From a virus (Duplodnaviria; Caudoviricetes): 64,000 nt of DNA. This document shows positions 29,201 through 38,375 of this stretch, piece after piece. The translations under genes and the position numbers were made by a program. How positions within the stretch are numbered: the first letter of the stretch is position 1; every line of letters begins with the position of its first letter. The stretch covers positions 32,001 through 96,000 of the IMG/VR virus record IMGVR_UViG_3300028886_000036; one strand, written 5' to 3'. Under the pieces are notes generated by a model that was not told the origin of the DNA, searched no databases, and was given only the letters and a program-made list of their open reading frames with translations.

Positions 29201-32174
29201 CTTATGGGATGCCGGAAAGGAAGCTTGGAAAAAATATTGGCCAACGTTATTGGCTTCAGCGAAAGTTTATTTTGTACAAAAAGTTATTCCAGCAATAGGT
29301 AATATATTAGAAAAAGGTATAAATTGGATTGTTGAAAAAGCTAAAGGCTTAGTTAATATGGACAAAGAATCTGAGCTTATAAAAAAGGCCGAGAAAGAAC
29401 AGTTTGATTTATATAGTAAAGAGATTAAGAATAGAGCGATTGAGTATAGTAAATCAGATCATTTAGCTGAGCTTGGAAATCCAACGGCGCTTCAAATGCA
29501 TGAGGTTATGGATGCTTTGGATCCAAAAACTAGACAACAGTTATTAGAACAGCAAAATGGTGTTGGCAACAATAAGTACATTGGTGGTGTAAGCTCCAGT
29601 TATGAAGGTAAAGTCGTAGAAGAAGTTTCTGGTACTAAATTAATAAATATGCTTTTAGATAAAAAATTTTTCAATGGAGCTGAATATGTTAGAGACGACA
29701 AAGGTAATATAAAAATAGGAGCAGATGGAAATGCTATTAGAACAACTAGTATACCTTTTTCTGATATGGGAAAGGTTTTAGAAGCTTTAAAAGCGGATAG
29801 AAATGATGCTTTAGCATTAGCTTCTTTTAAAAATTATACTGAACTATTATCAAATAACCCATGGTTACAAGGTACTGAATTTAGAAGCATATTTGAAAAA
29901 ATAGATACAACGATGTCTATAGTAAGTGATGAAGAAAACTATAAGAAATCTATGGATGAGCTTATACAGAAACTAAAAACAGGTGAAGTATATCAAGATC
30001 TAGTTAGAGCTATGGTTAATAGCCCTTACACTTATGTTTCACAATATACTGGAAATGAGATTAGCATCACCGGAGATAAGCTTCTTATGAGCGGTATGAA
30101 ATTAGAAGAAGTAGCTTCAAAATTTGTGAAAAACTTAGAAGAACAAAATGAAAAAAATTTATCTAATAGTATACAAAGAGCTAAATTAGCTGATAAACAA
30201 TTTAAAGATGATGCTAGACGAAAAGAAGAAGAAGAAAGAGCTAGGTTAGCTGAAGAAAAGGCTAGAAAAGCGGCAGAAGAAAATGAAAAGAAAGAACAAG
30301 AAAAACGTAGTTTTACGGATAGTGTAAAGTCTTTCTTTGGTTTTTCAGATAAAACTAATGCTGGTGGGGCTGGTTCATTAGGAGTTATAGCACAATGGGT
30401 TCAATCTGGGAAATTTAAACAAGCTATGGAAACAGCTATGGGATGGATTGGAGATAAAATCGGGGGTATTATAAAGTTTTTTAAGTCACAGAATTACGGT
30501 AAGATATTTGCTGATACTATGTCAGGGCTTGGATCGGCATCCGGAGCTATCTTATCAGCACTTTATGGAGCAGATAAGGCTGATACTTTTTCTAGAAATG
30601 CTTATAACTATGCTGTCAAGCATAATTTGAAGTATGCTAAAGCATTCTTTGGTGGAGCTAGAAAGTCTATACTTATGAGTGTAGATAATATTGCAGAACA
30701 TGCTGCTAAGACAGGTCAAACTGTACAACAGATTTATGAGTTTCTTCAATCTCAAGGTGTAGAAAAACAATATATGCCTGGTGGAAAAGAATATGATCAA
30801 GGTAAAGGATACAACACTCAAGAAGAAAAAAAATATCATGGAAAGATTACAGATGCCAATGGCAATTATATAGGAGATAAATTAGGGCTTGGCGATGATT
30901 CTGATTCGAGATTTAATATGGCACGAGCTAGAACATTTAGTGGAGAAGGAACCCGTATTAACTGGCAAGATAGCTATAGTAAATTTGGTATAAATATTAA
31001 ACGAAAAATGGAATCAAAATATGGAATTTTAGCTCTTGATGTGCCAACCTATGCTAAAAATACAAATAATGCAAAACTTAATGCTTACTTAAAGAATTTA
31101 GGCATTGAAGGAAAAACAGCAAAGGAGTTATGGGGTAATAATGGTGAGTTATGGTGGGGTAAAGGTGGAAATAGAGAAAAGATTCTAAAGGCTATGCAAG
31201 ATCCTAATTCTGGTTTTGGAACCGAAGCTGATAAGATAGCATATATGAAAAATAACTATTGGAACAATTATAAATTGTATAAATTTAAAGATCCGGCTAC
31301 TTCCGGGTTGTTATTAGATAGTTATTGGGTTGGTGGAGGACAAGAAGTATTAAGAAATACATATAATGTTATGGCTGAAAAATATAAAAGACCAGATATG
31401 AAGATAAATTATATAAAAGGTAAAGATGGTAAATATAGGTGGGAGAACTATAAATTATTTGATGATGCTCATATTAACTTTGCAAACTCTACTGGGAAAT
31501 TTTTTGCGGCTGAAGTTTTACGTCAGTCTGCGTTAAGATATGAGAGCCTAGGGAGGAGACCAGATCATAAAGATGATTTAGAGGGTTGGAGAAAAAGAGT
31601 TCGAGATAATGCTGCATATTGGGGTATAAAAAGATTTGATAATAATGGCAGCTATGCTTTTGGATTTAGCGATACAACTTCTTATGACAAGTTAGCATAT
31701 GGCGATGATAAAATAACTAAATCTTACGATAATGGTGATATAACTAACGAAACATTTACTAGAAAATTAAATGAGTTTATACAAGCACAAGGTACTAAAA
31801 GATTTGACACATCTTTTTCAAAAATTCTTTCTAAAACTGGTGGAAGTGGCAGTGAATATAATCGTATGCTCAAAATATTTGGTACAGATGAAAAATCTAA
31901 GAAGTTTATGGCGAAAGTTGTTGATATTGAAAAGAAAGCTCCGTCAGAATGGACAAAGGATGAGGCTGATATCATGGCTAAATTTGCTGGTTTAGTTGAC
32001 AAATATGAAGCAGAATCTAAAAGTAGAGGTAACACAAGCACAATATTTTATAATACTATTACAAGTCAAACAAGCTATATTACCAAATTACTTGAGAAAT
32101 ATCATGGAAATGATGAAGCTAAGCGCACAGCCGTAAATAATACTAGAAAAGGCATGATAGAGGCTAAACATTAA
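26268..32174 (+). CDS. Tape-measure-like protein with C-terminal GH108-like muramidase region
   Basis: 1968 aa, helical/coiled-coil, W-periodic amphipathic segments; EG...SKFGI, YMKNNYW...LLDS, GWRKRV motifs. Confidence 0.6.
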   Translation: MSDNLNSGSLLSSLSGSARPARTTTPMTNSSNAGNNSILPGSMSSSQRQAINREFLDNQTRQTNLLNSNAMLNNLAAQNQGMMNQFNGSLMRQMGAIDAAANKITNAITNQTNQLVSAITNMSSSITESIKGLQEGINNLFYERARAYASKLEYEEDQNIYKDYAENFIKTFFSEKIMNILTSIEFVSLKEVKEQTLKYLMQNGGVAKFLGIKPLGSDRANNMVPFTKDIADAILESSKHLLVIANAVNNINRDTPIILENFGGALIDKQDTLLNINREQLISTNRIGNILDAFSNNYMNVNQARVTEPMRGAIDVIREVTGNNQVQNIADLQREIQRLEGTLNNERQIAQRYADRDDPNSEYNRRRNQLEQDIFRNGGAERQQLREQLNQAGLTQNQRRQITQRIQQLNGQLQVLDNELRNWTQDYRNLGANAWGRNSLTNANVRRSRAETEREVARLERALRTLRRGARNQNSFDEATRNGFGANYLESEIRNIEAYASGRSGRFSSRGRMTQNKAQKDDRAKLMETLRDSINKNVYQTEENTKALNKSISAMDVFKTSLLAAINPMNIKKIGEFGYKLFKFVSPFFMYRWGLQMLTGKSPLPLIGETLPGLLSKPLNYVSSIQLGDKTLGERASGWWGTIKTTLAEFYNNHLKGIWESIKDNLASFKETFIGWIGKDWWMRIYDTWEAVKKYTSLGWDAFLNPDTEKAAIAREQIVTSIKSAMKDVVIKYLLPGIVYGIGAYTAFKNVTNPGKFLSELYRPVKFLGRRFGGGFRTRVYNFNEARTVLQDSAINELQRYNKEFGLSNIRTNLRADERGNPVLTLRANRFGNLRSTNFTGQFNQERVLGNAARTLMDRLGVDRQTADSMLREAATGGGASYRISRLATSIGNGLKNVTRVLSAFMRGTTWVFNIGTTLFSLYKMWNFFKDKVKQIAEADGITGGMRDMVLYATKKGISTLLDVGKEIWKELPIVMGSLWDAGKEAWKKYWPTLLASAKVYFVQKVIPAIGNILEKGINWIVEKAKGLVNMDKESELIKKAEKEQFDLYSKEIKNRAIEYSKSDHLAELGNPTALQMHEVMDALDPKTRQQLLEQQNGVGNNKYIGGVSSSYEGKVVEEVSGTKLINMLLDKKFFNGAEYVRDDKGNIKIGADGNAIRTTSIPFSDMGKVLEALKADRNDALALASFKNYTELLSNNPWLQGTEFRSIFEKIDTTMSIVSDEENYKKSMDELIQKLKTGEVYQDLVRAMVNSPYTYVSQYTGNEISITGDKLLMSGMKLEEVASKFVKNLEEQNEKNLSNSIQRAKLADKQFKDDARRKEEEERARLAEEKARKAAEENEKKEQEKRSFTDSVKSFFGFSDKTNAGGAGSLGVIAQWVQSGKFKQAMETAMGWIGDKIGGIIKFFKSQNYGKIFADTMSGLGSASGAILSALYGADKADTFSRNAYNYAVKHNLKYAKAFFGGARKSILMSVDNIAEHAAKTGQTVQQIYEFLQSQGVEKQYMPGGKEYDQGKGYNTQEEKKYHGKITDANGNYIGDKLGLGDDSDSRFNMARARTFSGEGTRINWQDSYSKFGINIKRKMESKYGILALDVPTYAKNTNNAKLNAYLKNLGIEGKTAKELWGNNGELWWGKGGNREKILKAMQDPNSGFGTEADKIAYMKNNYWNNYKLYKFKDPATSGLLLDSYWVGGGQEVLRNTYNVMAEKYKRPDMKINYIKGKDGKYRWENYKLFDDAHINFANSTGKFFAAEVLRQSALRYESLGRRPDHKDDLEGWRKRVRDNAAYWGIKRFDNNGSYAFGFSDTTSYDKLAYGDDKITKSYDNGDITNETFTRKLNEFIQAQGTKRFDTSFSKILSKTGGSGSEYNRMLKIFGTDEKSKKFMAKVVDIEKKAPSEWTKDEADIMAKFAGLVDKYEAESKSRGNTSTIFYNTITSQTSYITKLLEKYHGNDEAKRTAVNNTRKGMIEAKH

Positions 32175-32193
32175 AGAAAGGATGTGTTAAAAT

Positions 32194-35100
32194 ATGGCTA
32201 ATCCTGTTAAAGATGTTAACTCAGATAAAGAAGCTCGGATAAGCAAAATAAATGAAGAGCTATCTAACTTAAAGCATGAAATAGATACTAAATATGTTCC
32301 TGCAGCAGAAAATTTAGGCACTGTATTGTCTGATTATGAAGCTTTTAAAACAGCTCAAAATAAATTTACCGAATTACAAAGTAGAGGAGTTTCATTTTAT
32401 TCCGAAGAATGGAAAGAAAATGTAAGAAAAAGAGATGCAGCTTTATTAAGATTGAAACAAATTGGTAAAGATTATAGTGATAATCCCACTGTAAATTCTC
32501 CATTGTATAACCAAATGATTAAAGATATGAACAGTGTTTCAGAAAACAAAAAAGTTGCTGACGCTACTTTAGCAACTGCTATGAACCGACAAGCAGAATT
32601 AGAACAAGAAAAACAAAGTCTAGAGAAAGAGATTAATCCTCCGCAAGGTGAACAAGGGAATCCTCAGCCTAATCCATCTGACAATCCTCCGCAGGCTGAA
32701 CAAGGAACTCCTTCGGCTAATCCAACTGACGATACTCAATCCGATACAGACAAAACAGTTTCAAATAGTGATAGAGAAAATTTAATTAATTCCGCTGCTT
32801 CTCAATCTAGAAATTCGTTATTATCTCTAGCATCTGACTCATCTCTTGGTATAGACATAAACTCTATTGAGCCTCCGATGTTAGCAAATCAAGCTACCGA
32901 TAAAGAAAAACTAGATAAAATGTTAGCTGAGAATGAAAAATCTGATGGGAAAAAAATATATTATGCTAAAGATATTTCTCCGGAAAAGGACGGCTCAGCT
33001 ATATCTGTTGTAAGAATAGATAAGGATAAGGAGAAAGATCATGAAAAGACAGAGCAAGCACTAAAAACTCAAGGTTATGAAAAACTTGAAAATAAAGATG
33101 GTAATATAAGCACTAAGTTTGTAGAAAAATATGAAGCTAATAAAGAAACTCAGGGAGTAAGTAAAGCCACTTCGGAAGAAGATTCTGCCCAAGATGCTGG
33201 ACAAAATGAAAAACCTGGAGGAGAAACGGCCACAACAGAATTAAGTTATAATGATAAGAAGAAAAAACTTGAGGATGAAGGTATTAAAGAATATAATAAA
33301 GATGCAAAGCTTACTATTGCTGGTCATAATGTTCCATATGTTAAAGTTAACGGTAGTAATAAGATCAGATTTCCTAAATATGATAAAGTGATGGGTTTAC
33401 CTCCTTTAAGAATTTTTACAAATGATCCAAAAAAACCATCTTCTAATATAGGCAATAATACATCGGATTTATTTGATGTTAATATTGATGCTAGCGATAG
33501 TAAAGATATTAAATTGGCTAAAGAATACTTTTTATATAATGTTGATGAAATGCTAGTAAATTCTTTCCCTATATTAACTATTCGACCGTTAGACTGTGAA
33601 AATTTGATGGGTACAAATGGAAATATTACTAAAGATAAAAAAACTCATGATGATATGAAACGAGATAGGAGATATAATATAGTTGATAATATTGTATATA
33701 AATTTGCAGTAACTACTACAAATAGTATTAATTATTCTCACCAAAATAATTTTGCTCAAAGTTCAACTGAAAGTAGTGGATTGGTGAGTAGTTTAAACGG
33801 TATGGGGAAATTCACTAGCGATTTAGTTGGTATAGGCCAAAATACTGCAGGGTTTGGTCATAATAATTTGATTAAGGATTTAACTAGTATGGGTTTAAAT
33901 TTAGGAGGAGATATTGACGAGGCAGTACGGCAATTTATAGCAGCTGGTGAAGAAGGGTCTAAAGGATTAGGTGCAGTAGGTAGCAAAATGGGCAAAACAG
34001 TAGCAGATATAGCTAATTTAGTAACATCTGTAGTAGGTGGAGGTAGAATAGACTTTCCTGATGTTTGGCAGGATTCTCAAACAAGTTTTCAGCAATCATT
34101 TACTATAGAATTAAGATCTCTTAATCCGGATCCAACTAGTGATCAATATTTTTATGATATAATATTACCCCTATATATTTTATTAACTATATCCTTACCA
34201 ACTGAAGGTAATGTATTTTCTTATAAAACTCCTCCTCTTATTACATGTAGTTTAGATGATTCTTTTATGGAGATCTTGTTAGGAGCAGTTACACAGATTA
34301 ACTGGTCATTTGATACTAAAGAGATTAACTTCAAAAAAGTTCCTTGGCATTGCCAAGTTAACATTACTATTAGGGATTTGTATTCAGTAATGAGCCAAGC
34401 GACATATACTACTAAAAATGAGAAATATGTCAAAGATAGTAATAGAGAAATCATGACCAAGGAAAAGTATTTTGAAAATTTTATTAGAACTAAAGACAAA
34501 AAGATACCTAATGAAAAATACTATCTTACTGAATTTGCAAAGATTCCAGCATATATGAATGCTCTTGAGCAAAGGATGAATAAGGAACAAAAAGTTGCTG
34601 ATGAAGAAAAGATGAAAAATTCTGTAAATGGTGGAGATAAAAGTTCGTCTCAACAACCTGAAGGGAACGTGTCTGGAAACAGCGGAGAAACTGGGAAAGA
34701 TACCAGTAATGCCCCAAAAAAAGAAGAAATCAAAACCGATCCTAAAACCGGTAAGAAAACTTTAATATCTTCAATAGGAGGATTTGTTACTGGAATTACT
34801 AAAGGAATAAGGAATGTAGTAGCTAGTGTTAATAAAGTTATCACACCTGTTAGACAGATAATAAATACTGGAGCCACTGTTCTTAATGCAGCAAATAACG
34901 TTAAATGCGCTATTAAATGTGTAGGTCAAACTGCTAATTTACCTGGGTTACTTAATGGATCTTTTGCTGCATCAGTAGGATTAGCTTTTGAAAATTTAGG
35001 TAAAGCTGGAAATGTATTAAATGGATTATCTGGCGGAGTATTAGGCTCCGTTACAAAGTCTGTAGGCGGTATTTGTACTACTCTATCTGAACTTGGGAGA

Positions 35101-35859
35101 TCTGCATTAGTACTAGATTTGCCTGAATATGTTTCTAAAGATGGCAAGACAATTCAATTAAATGATCCATTTAAAGTTGCATCATCAACAATGAGAGCTA
35201 CTGGATTAATGGTAAGCAATATTTTAAATACTGTTCAGGGTGCTAAAATGATTGGTAATATAACTAAATCATCTGACCCATTAGCTACTTTAACAACTTA
35301 TGTAAATGCCGCTAATAAAATAGTAGGCGAAGTTGATTTTACAGATAGATTGCTTAATGTTGCTAAAGGATCTGCTATAGAAACTGGTCAGTATACTGCT
35401 GGTCAATTAGCCTCTAATGCAACTATACAAGAAAGATTTAGGCATGTTGCCAATACAGTTTCTGGTCAAGCAGCTAGTGTAGCATCTACTATGTTTAATA
35501 CTACACTGGCAGAATATATGATGCAACAACAATGGTTTAATACATATTTCCAATCTACTAATAATAATGCTGATCCAAGTAATCCTGTTAATATTAAAGA
35601 CTTTAAGTATAAGGATGAAATAAAAGCTGCTATTGATTATGCAAATGGTAAAACAGATTCTGTAATAACTCCAGAGGTTAGTTGGAATGCAGTTAAAGAT
35701 GCTGTAATGGATAATATAGATGGATCAATACAAGACTTTAGTAAAGGTGTAAAAGAATTTGCTAATACTACTGGAGATATACTAATTAAATCTGGCTTCT
35801 CTGGAGTAGTTAACACTGCTGGAACACCATTTGATGTTATATTCATGGAAAACAAATAA
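32194..35859 (+). CDS. Large virion structural protein (baseplate/tail-associated)
   Basis: 1221 aa after tape-measure-like gene; FPDVWQDS...SFTIEL...YKTPPL...GAVTQI resembles tube-initiator-type folds. Confidence 0.5.
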   Translation: MANPVKDVNSDKEARISKINEELSNLKHEIDTKYVPAAENLGTVLSDYEAFKTAQNKFTELQSRGVSFYSEEWKENVRKRDAALLRLKQIGKDYSDNPTVNSPLYNQMIKDMNSVSENKKVADATLATAMNRQAELEQEKQSLEKEINPPQGEQGNPQPNPSDNPPQAEQGTPSANPTDDTQSDTDKTVSNSDRENLINSAASQSRNSLLSLASDSSLGIDINSIEPPMLANQATDKEKLDKMLAENEKSDGKKIYYAKDISPEKDGSAISVVRIDKDKEKDHEKTEQALKTQGYEKLENKDGNISTKFVEKYEANKETQGVSKATSEEDSAQDAGQNEKPGGETATTELSYNDKKKKLEDEGIKEYNKDAKLTIAGHNVPYVKVNGSNKIRFPKYDKVMGLPPLRIFTNDPKKPSSNIGNNTSDLFDVNIDASDSKDIKLAKEYFLYNVDEMLVNSFPILTIRPLDCENLMGTNGNITKDKKTHDDMKRDRRYNIVDNIVYKFAVTTTNSINYSHQNNFAQSSTESSGLVSSLNGMGKFTSDLVGIGQNTAGFGHNNLIKDLTSMGLNLGGDIDEAVRQFIAAGEEGSKGLGAVGSKMGKTVADIANLVTSVVGGGRIDFPDVWQDSQTSFQQSFTIELRSLNPDPTSDQYFYDIILPLYILLTISLPTEGNVFSYKTPPLITCSLDDSFMEILLGAVTQINWSFDTKEINFKKVPWHCQVNITIRDLYSVMSQATYTTKNEKYVKDSNREIMTKEKYFENFIRTKDKKIPNEKYYLTEFAKIPAYMNALEQRMNKEQKVADEEKMKNSVNGGDKSSSQQPEGNVSGNSGETGKDTSNAPKKEEIKTDPKTGKKTLISSIGGFVTGITKGIRNVVASVNKVITPVRQIINTGATVLNAANNVKCAIKCVGQTANLPGLLNGSFAASVGLAFENLGKAGNVLNGLSGGVLGSVTKSVGGICTTLSELGRSALVLDLPEYVSKDGKTIQLNDPFKVASSTMRATGLMVSNILNTVQGAKMIGNITKSSDPLATLTTYVNAANKIVGEVDFTDRLLNVAKGSAIETGQYTAGQLASNATIQERFRHVANTVSGQAASVASTMFNTTLAEYMMQQQWFNTYFQSTNNNADPSNPVNIKDFKYKDEIKAAIDYANGKTDSVITPEVSWNAVKDAVMDNIDGSIQDFSKGVKEFANTTGDILIKSGFSGVVNTAGTPFDVIFMENK

Positions 35860-35888
35860 AGACTAGGAGAAATCCTAGTCTTTTTTTA
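35857..35888 (+). terminator. Intrinsic terminator
   Basis: AAAGACTAGGA-gaaa-TCCTAGTCTTTTTTT. Confidence 0.85.
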
Positions 35889-36079
35889 TATGTACTAAAA
35901 TTAGTTTGAAAGTATTTTTGTTAAAACTGACCCAAAAAATTCTGAACAAAGATTGAGGGAAATTGTCAGAAAATTCTATACAATTTAGTTAAACTTCTTT
36001 TGATTATAAATCTATTTAACTGAGTGCGCATAAGTGAAATAGGTTTGTAATAAATATATAACAAAGGAGTTGTTGCTTT

Positions 36080-37433
36080 ATGGAGTATGCAAGTCGCGGA
36101 GTTGCAGGCACAGGGCTTGGTCTGGGTATTTAATAGATGCCCTTAAAACCTTTTCTACTTGACAAGTAGGGTAAAAGATTCTATAATCTCCTTAGTACTT
36201 AAGAAAGGAGACTTTACGTGTGAATTTACAAGAAGAATTTAGACCTATTGAAGGCTATGAAGGTTTGTATGAAATAGGATCGTTTGGAACTGTAGTTTCT
36301 TTAAGAAGATACGGAATTCCTGGGAGATATATTTTAAAAAAAGTTAAGACTAAATCTGGTTATGTAAGAGTGAAATTATGTAGATCTGGCAAATGTAAAA
36401 GTGTTGAAATTCATAGGCTTGTTGCAAAGGCATTTATCCCTAACCCTAATGGGTTTAATCAAGTTAATCATAAGGATGGGGATAAGATAAATAATCGAAT
36501 GGATAATTTAGAATGGTGTACAGGTCAACAGAATTCAAAGCATGCGTATGATAATAACTTAGGTGGAACAAAAAACCGGACGTTGTTACAATTAGGTAAT
36601 ATGAATAAATATAAAATGTATCTATTAGTTATATTGATAAATGATCTTGGAAGTCTATACATATTTAAGTCGATTAAAGAAGCTTCAAGGTTTATAAACA
36701 AGTCTAGAACGGCACTTATAGATAGTATACTGAATAAGTATAACTTGCGCGGATATAAAATTTATGGGTATAAACGTAAAGATTTAGAACAGTTTGCTAA
36801 CGGGGAACCCTTACCAGAAGTGCTGAAGGGAATCCCGTGGGAAAGTTATCTTAATGATAACCAATCCTGTAACGACTATCCCTCAGAAGGGGAGTAGGGC
36901 TGATTTTGTCACAGTTCGAAATGGGTTTGCTTAACTAATGTTAAGTTAAGAGATAGTCTGAGCCACTAGAAATAGTGGATAACTCGATCGCTGGTACAGC
37001 GCTTGGCCTTCTTGATATGGCTGGTGGTTTAACTGGTCTTTTAGGTAATAGGAATTCTGATCCTGGCGATAAACCCGTCACTAGATATGAGATGGGTCTT
37101 TTCCAGCAGATCAATGATAAGAATATTGAGATTAGTGAACTTAAGAGTAACAGATATACTGATGCGGTTGCTAGTGGTTTACAGCAGCAGATTAGTGGTC
37201 AGTTAGCTTGGAATGCTACACAGAACGCTACTCTGGGTGCTCTTCAGGGTCAGATTGCTCAGTTACAGAGTATGACTAGAATTGTTGTTCCTAATGAGAA
37301 CGTTTCACCCGGGTGGGGTAGAACAGCTGTAATGCCTGTTTCTTCATTACCACCGTATTTTGTTCCTTATCCTACTCCTCCTATTCCTACATCTAGCACG
37401 CCAGAAGCTACTGGCACTACTACAGGCGGTTAA
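36080..37433 (+). CDS. Intron-split Gly-rich hypothetical protein; exons 36080..36127 and 36987..37433
   Basis: AAAGGAG RBS; joined frame reads MEYASRGVAGTGLGLG|IAGTALGLLD. Confidence 0.85.
36159..36187 (+). promoter_or_regulatory. Consensus sigma70 promoter inside the intron, for the HNH gene
   Basis: TTGACA-17 nt-TATAAT. Confidence 0.8.
36220..36897 (+). CDS. NUMOD4-HNH homing endonuclease (intron-encoded)
   Basis: FRPIEGYEGLYEI; HRLVAKAFIPNP...VNHKDGDKINNRMDNLEW. Confidence 0.92.
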   Translation: MNLQEEFRPIEGYEGLYEIGSFGTVVSLRRYGIPGRYILKKVKTKSGYVRVKLCRSGKCKSVEIHRLVAKAFIPNPNGFNQVNHKDGDKINNRMDNLEWCTGQQNSKHAYDNNLGGTKNRTLLQLGNMNKYKMYLLVILINDLGSLYIFKSIKEASRFINKSRTALIDSILNKYNLRGYKIYGYKRKDLEQFANGEPLPEVLKGIPWESYLNDNQSCNDYPSEGE

Positions 37434-37521
37434 TAACATATTGTAAAGAGAGGAGATTGTCCTTCTTATTAATTAGGGAGGATGATCTCCTCCCACCTAT
37501 ATCTAATAGAGGTGATATATT

Positions 37522-37890
37522 ATGTTAACCAAGAATCAAATAGTTAATGGTCTTACCAAATATATAGAAACTGAAGTGATATCTAAAATAGAAGATAAAG
37601 CTTTACAAATTATATTAGCTATAGGAGTTACTGCATTGAATAGGAATCATGATTTGATTAATGCTGTTTTAGATAATCAGTTTATATCATATTTAGTTAA
37701 AAAGAATGAAGAGGATAAATATGATTTAGATGAGTTATTTGATATAATAGATGATACATTAAAGACCTATGGTAAGTTACCAATAACTATTCCAGCAATC
37801 AAGTTTATTTCACCTACTGAAAAGACATTAAGATTCTCTACAGAAGATGTTAATAGACTTAGATCTTTAATGGAGCAAGGAGGGATGTAA
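37522..37890 (+). CDS. Hypothetical protein
   Basis: GAGGTG RBS; co-linear with split gene. Confidence 0.8.
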   Translation: MLTKNQIVNGLTKYIETEVISKIEDKALQIILAIGVTALNRNHDLINAVLDNQFISYLVKKNEEDKYDLDELFDIIDDTLKTYGKLPITIPAIKFISPTEKTLRFSTEDVNRLRSLMEQGGM

Positions 37891-37893
37891 AAT

Positions 37894-38265
37894 ATGGCGG
37901 ACAATATTAAAGTTCTTAAAGCAAACGGTTCCAACGGCAGTTCGTTATTGGATGCTTTATCTAATATGGAGAATATTGGAATGGATCATGAAGAGGGACA
38001 TATAGATGATAATCATAAGGAAGAGCATAGCTTTATTGATATAGTTAAGCAAAGAGCTGTTGAAGAATATGATGATGTAGTTACTTATATGGAGTTAGCT
38101 GAGATGACTGAAGAGAAAGAGTTTTGTAAGTTACTTAAAGATATAGCTCATGATGAATGGACACACGGAATGGTTTTAGAGCATATTATAATGCATTCTA
38201 AAGAAATGCCGAAAGATATTAAGGATGCTAAAGCTAATGCTGAAGAGGTTATGAATAAAAAGTAA
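37894..38265 (+). CDS. Ferritin/rubrerythrin-like helical protein
   Basis: EE...V..Y..LA......LL..IA.DE..H di-iron-type motif. Confidence 0.65.
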   Translation: MADNIKVLKANGSNGSSLLDALSNMENIGMDHEEGHIDDNHKEEHSFIDIVKQRAVEEYDDVVTYMELAEMTEEKEFCKLLKDIAHDEWTHGMVLEHIIMHSKEMPKDIKDAKANAEEVMNKK

Positions 38266-38274
38266 TATTGTTTA

Positions 38275-38321
38275 AAACACAAGAAGTCTAGGGGATATAC
38301 TCCTAGGCTTCTTGTTTATTT
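38275..38321 (+). terminator. Intrinsic terminator
   Basis: ACAAGAAGTCTAGG...CCTAGGCTTCTTGT plus T-rich tail. Confidence 0.75.
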
Positions 38322-38375
38322 CTTGAACAAATAAGGAGAATATTTTTATAGTTTCAAGAAAGAAGGTGTGTTACT

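Larger units (their letters stand above)
36128..36986 (+). mobile_element. Group I self-splicing intron (859 nt)
   Basis: Exon ends in U with P1 GGGU/AUUU-AAU-AGAU/GCCC (U.G splice pair); terminal G; P7 GACUAUC/GAUAGUC; P-, Q-, R- and S-like elements at 36795-36960. Confidence 0.9.

Noticed and set aside
35890-36070. tRNA or selC gene in this or other intergenic gaps
   Set aside because: No cloverleaf or T-loop signature recognised by eye; a tRNAscan-SE/Secmarker run would be needed to exclude one.
36975-37433. Independent 152-aa gene starting at GTG 36975
   Set aside because: The start lies in the intron 3' end; the frame is exon 2 of the gene starting at 36080.
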